Source of the DNA: Eledone cirrhosa
Lineage: Eukaryota
Direction of reading: 5' to 3'
Length of the DNA: 64,000 bases
NCBI GenBank assembly: GCA_964016885.1
Contig: OZ024750.1
Coordinates: forward strand, 39,680,001 to 39,744,000
The notes under the pieces are model-generated. The model was not told the origin of the DNA, did no database searches, and saw only the letters and a program-made list of their open reading frames with translations. The position numbers and the translations under genes were made by a program. Numbering within the stretch: position 1 is the stretch's first letter; each line of letters begins with the position of its first letter. Shown here piece after piece: positions 60,001-64,000 of the stretch.

Positions 60001-63000
60001 GGCAGTGTCTTTTGATAGTAGTTAGTAGTCCAATAGGCAGTGTCTTTTGATAGTAGTTAGTAGTCCAATAGGCAGTGTCTTTTGATAGTAGTTAGTAGTC
60101 CAATAGACAATGTCTTTTGATAGTAGCTATTAGTCCAATAGGCAATGTCTTTTGATAGAAGGTAGTAGTCCAATAGGCAATGTCTTTTGATAGTAACTAG
60201 TAGTCCAATAGGCAGTGTCTTTTTATAGTAACTAGTAGTCCAATAGGCAATGTCTTTTGATAGTAAGTAGTAGTCCTATAGGCAGTGTCTTTTGATAGTA
60301 ACTAGTAGTCCAATAGGCAATGTCTTTTGACAGTAACTAGTAGTCCAATAGGCAATGTCTTTTGATAGTAGCTAGTAGTCCAATAGGCAGTGTCTTTTGA
60401 TAGTAGTTAGTAGTCCAATAGGCAGTGTCTTTTGATAGTAGTTAGTAGTCCAATAGGCAATGTCTTTTGATAGTAAGTAGTAGTCCTATAGGCAGTGTCT
60501 TTTGATAGTAGCTAGTAGTCCTATAGGCAATGTCTTTTGATAGTAGCTAGTAGTCCAATAGGCAATGCCTTTTGATAGTAGTTAGTAGTCCAATAGGCAA
60601 TGTCTTTTGATAGTAACTAGTAGTCCAATAGGCAATGTCTTTTGATAGTAGCTAGTAGTCCAATAGGCAATGTCTTTTGATAGTAGTTAGTAGTCCAATA
60701 GGCAATGTCTTTTGATAGTAGCTAGTAGTCCAATAGGCAATGTCTTTTGATAGTAGCTAGTAGTCCAATAGGCAATGTCTTTTGATAGTAGCTAGTAGTC
60801 CAATAGGCAATGTCTTTTGATAGTAGCTAGTAGTCCAATAGGCAGTGTCTTTTTATAGTAACTAGTAATCCAATAGGCTGTCTTTTGATAGTAGCTAGTA
60901 GTTCAATAGGCAGTGTCTTTTGATAGTAGCTAGTAGTTCAATAGGCAGTGTCTTTTGATAGTAGCTAGTAGTCCAATAGGCAATGTCTTTTGATAGTAAC
61001 TAGTAGTCCAATAGGCAATGTCTTTTGATAGTAACTAGTAGTCCAATAGGCGGTGTCTTTTGATAGTAGCTAGTAGTCCAATAGGCGGTATCTTTTGATA
61101 GTAGCTAGTAGTCCAATAGGCAATGTCTTTTGATAGTAGCTAGTAGTCCAATAGGCAATGTCTTTTGATAGTAGCTAGTAGTCCAATAGGCAATGTCTTT
61201 TGATAGTAGCTAGTAGTCCAATAGGCAAAATCTTTTGATAGTAACTAGTAGTCCTATAGGCAATGTCTTTTGATAGTAGCTAGTAGTCCTGTAGGCAATG
61301 TCTTTTGATAGTAGCTAGTAGTCCAATAGGCAATGTCTTTTGATAGTAACTAGTAGTCCAATAGGCAATGTCTTTTGATAGTAGCTAGTAGTCCAATAGG
61401 CAATGTCTTTTGATAGTAGTTAGTAGTCCAATAGGCAATGTCTTTTGATAGTAGTTAGTAGTCCAATAGGCAATGTCTTTTGATAGTAGTTAGTAGTCCA
61501 ATAGACAATGTCTTTTGATAGTAACTAGTAGTCCAATAGGCAATGTCTTTTGATAGTAACTAGTAGTCCTATAGGCGGTGTCTTTTGATAGTAGCTAGTA
61601 GTCCAATAGGCAGTGTCTTTTGATAGTAGCTAGTAGTCCATTAGGCAATGTCTTTTGATAGTAACTAGTAGTCCAATAGGCAGTGTCTTTTTATAGTAAC
61701 TAGTAGTCCAATAGGCAATGTCTTTTGATAGTAACTAGTAGTCCAATAGGCAGTGTCTTTTGATAGTAGCTAGTAGTTCAATAGGCAGTGTCTTTTGATA
61801 GTAGCTAGTAGTCCAATAGGCAATGTCTTTTGATAGTAACTAGTAGTCCAATAGGCAATGTCTTTTGATAGTAACTAGTAGTCCTATAGGCGGTGTCTTT
61901 TGATAGTAGCTAGTAGTCCAATAGGCAATGTCTTTTGATAGTAGCTAGTAGTCCAATAGGCAATGTCTTTTGATAGTAGCTAGTAGTCCAATAGGCAATG
62001 TCTTTTGATAGTAGCTAGTAGTCCAATAGGCAGTGTCTTTTTATAGTAACTAGTAGTCCAATAGGCAGTGTCTTTTGATAGTAGCTAGTAGTCCAATAGG
62101 CAGTGTCTTTTGATAGTAACTAGTAGTCCAATAGACAATGTCTTTTGATAGTAACTAGTAGTCCAATAGGCAATGTCTTTTGATAGTAGATAGTAGTCCA
62201 ATAGGCAGTGTCTTTTGATAGTAACTAGTAGTCCAATAGGCGGTGTCTTTTGATAGTAACTAGTAGTCCAATAGGCAATGTCTTTTGATAGTAGCTAGTA
62301 GTCCAATAGGCAATGTCTTTTGATAGTAGCTAGTAGTCCAATAGGCAGTGTCTTTTGATAGTAGCTAGTAGTCCAATAGGCAATGTCTTTTGATAGTAGC
62401 TAGTAGTCCAATAGGCAATGTCTTTTGATAGTAGCTAGTAGTCCAATAGACAATGTCTTTTGATAGTAGCTAGTAGTCCAATAGGCAATGTCTTTTGATA
62501 GTAACTAGTAGTCCAATAGGCGGTGTCTTTTGATAGTAACTAGTAGTCCAATAGGCAATGTCTTTTGATAGTAGCTAGTAGTCCAATAGGCAATGTCTTT
62601 TGATAGTAGCTAGTAGTCCAATAGGCAATGTCTTTTGATAGTAGCTAGTAGTCCAATAGGCAGTGTCTTTTGATAGTAGCTAGTAGTTCAATAGGCAATG
62701 TCTTTTGATAGTAGCTAGTAGTCCAATAGGCAGTGTCTTGATAGTAGCTAGTAGTCCAATAGGCAATGTCTTTTGATAGTAGCTAGTATTCCAATAGGCA
62801 ATGTCTTTTGATAGTAGTTAGTAGTCCAATAGGCAGTGTCTTTTTATAGTAACTAGTAGTCCAATAGGCAGTGTCTTTTGATAGTAGCTAGTAGTTCAAT
62901 AGGCAGTGTCTTTTGATAGTAGTTAGTAGTCCAATAGGCAGTGTCTTTTGATAGTAGCTAGTAGTCCAATAGGCAGTGTCTTTTGATAGTAGTTAGTAGT

Positions 63001-64000
63001 CCAATAGGCAGTGTCTTTTGATAGTAGTTAGTAGTCCAATAGACAATGTCTTTTGATAGTAGCTAGTAGTCCAATAGGCAATGTCTTTTGATAGTAGCTA
63101 GTAGTCCAATAGTCAGTGTCTTTTTATAGTAACTAGTAGTCCAATAGGCAGTGTCTTTTGATAGTAGCTAGTAGTCCAATAGGCAATGTCTTTTGATAGT
63201 AACTAGTAGTCCAATAGGCAGTGTCTTTTGATAGTAACTAGTAGTCCAATAGGCAGTGTCTTTTGATAGTAGCTAGTAGTTCAATAGGCAGTGTCTTTTG
63301 ATAGTAGTTAGTTGTCCAATAGGCAGTGTCTTTTGATAGTAGTTAGTAGTCCAATAGGCAGTGTCTTTTGATAGTAGTTAGTAGTCCAATAGGCAGTGTC
63401 TTTTGATAGTAGTTAGTAGTCCAATAGACAATGTCTTTTGATAGTAGCTAGTAGTCCAATAGGCAATGTCTTTTGATAGTAGCTAGTAGTCCAATAGGCA
63501 ATGTCTTTTGATAGTAGCGAGTAGTCCAATAGGCAATGTCTTTTGATAGTAACTAGTAGTCCAATAGGCAGTGTCTTTTTATAGTAGCTAGTAGTTCAAT
63601 AGGCAGTGTCTTTTGATAGTAGCTAGTAGTCCAATAGGCAATGTCTTTTGATAGTAACTAGTAGTCCAATAGGCAATGTCTTTTGATAGTAACTAGTAGT
63701 CCAATAGGCGGTGTCTTTTGATAGTAGCTAGTAGTCCAATAGGCAGTGTCTTTTGATAGTAGCTAGTAGTCCATTAGGCAATGTCTTTTGATAGTAACTA
63801 GTAGTCCAATAGGCAGTGTCTTTTTATAGTAACTAGTAGTCCAATAGGCAATGTCTTTTGATAGTAAGTAGTAGTCCTATAGGCAGTGTCTTTTGATAGT
63901 AACTAGTAGTCCAATAGGCAATGTCTTTTGATAGTAGCTAGTAGTCCAATAGGCAATGTCTTTTGATAGTAGCTAGTAGTCCAATAGGCAGTGTCTTTTG

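Larger units (their letters stand above)
15022..64000. repeat. 35-bp satellite DNA array, ~1,400 monomers, continuing past the window end
   Basis: Consensus CAATAGGCA(A/G)TGTCTTTTGATAGTA(G/A)(C/T)TAGTAGTC; first monomers at 15022 and 15057. One orientation throughout, no insertions seen, only substitutions and small deletions. Confidence 0.99.

Noticed and set aside
15022-64000. CRISPR-like or information-coding array (35-bp unit); telomeric repeat
   Set aside because: No spacers. Stops occur in all frames and the track has no ORFs here. The variant patterns are explained by nested duplications, and there are no TTAGGG tracts.

Overview
Eukaryotic, repeat-dominated DNA with no bacterial-style genes. 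The mix of tRNA-derived CORE-type SINEs, RTE LINE relics, TTAA-flanked MITEs, a mariner relic and long (CAT)n/(TA)n microsatellites resembles a mollusc, probably an octopus/coleoid genome (inference from memory, not a database search). Bases 1-15021 are a mosaic of transposon relics and at least six minisatellites, four of which visibly derive from pieces of transposons. Bases 15022-64000 are one uninterrupted 35-bp satellite (~1,400 monomers). It has decodable higher-order structure: a 7,689-bp tandem duplication, a 1,816-bp duplication, a recurring variant cassette and matching outer layers. The most interesting small elements are a minimal type I hammerhead ribozyme motif (4677-4712), three inverted TE pairs that could form dsRNA, and two weak, phase-compatible minus-strand micro-exon candidates. 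Almost all ORFs in the track are repeat artefacts; only the RTE and mariner translations are real, and they are degenerate. I cannot support a novel protein-coding system here.
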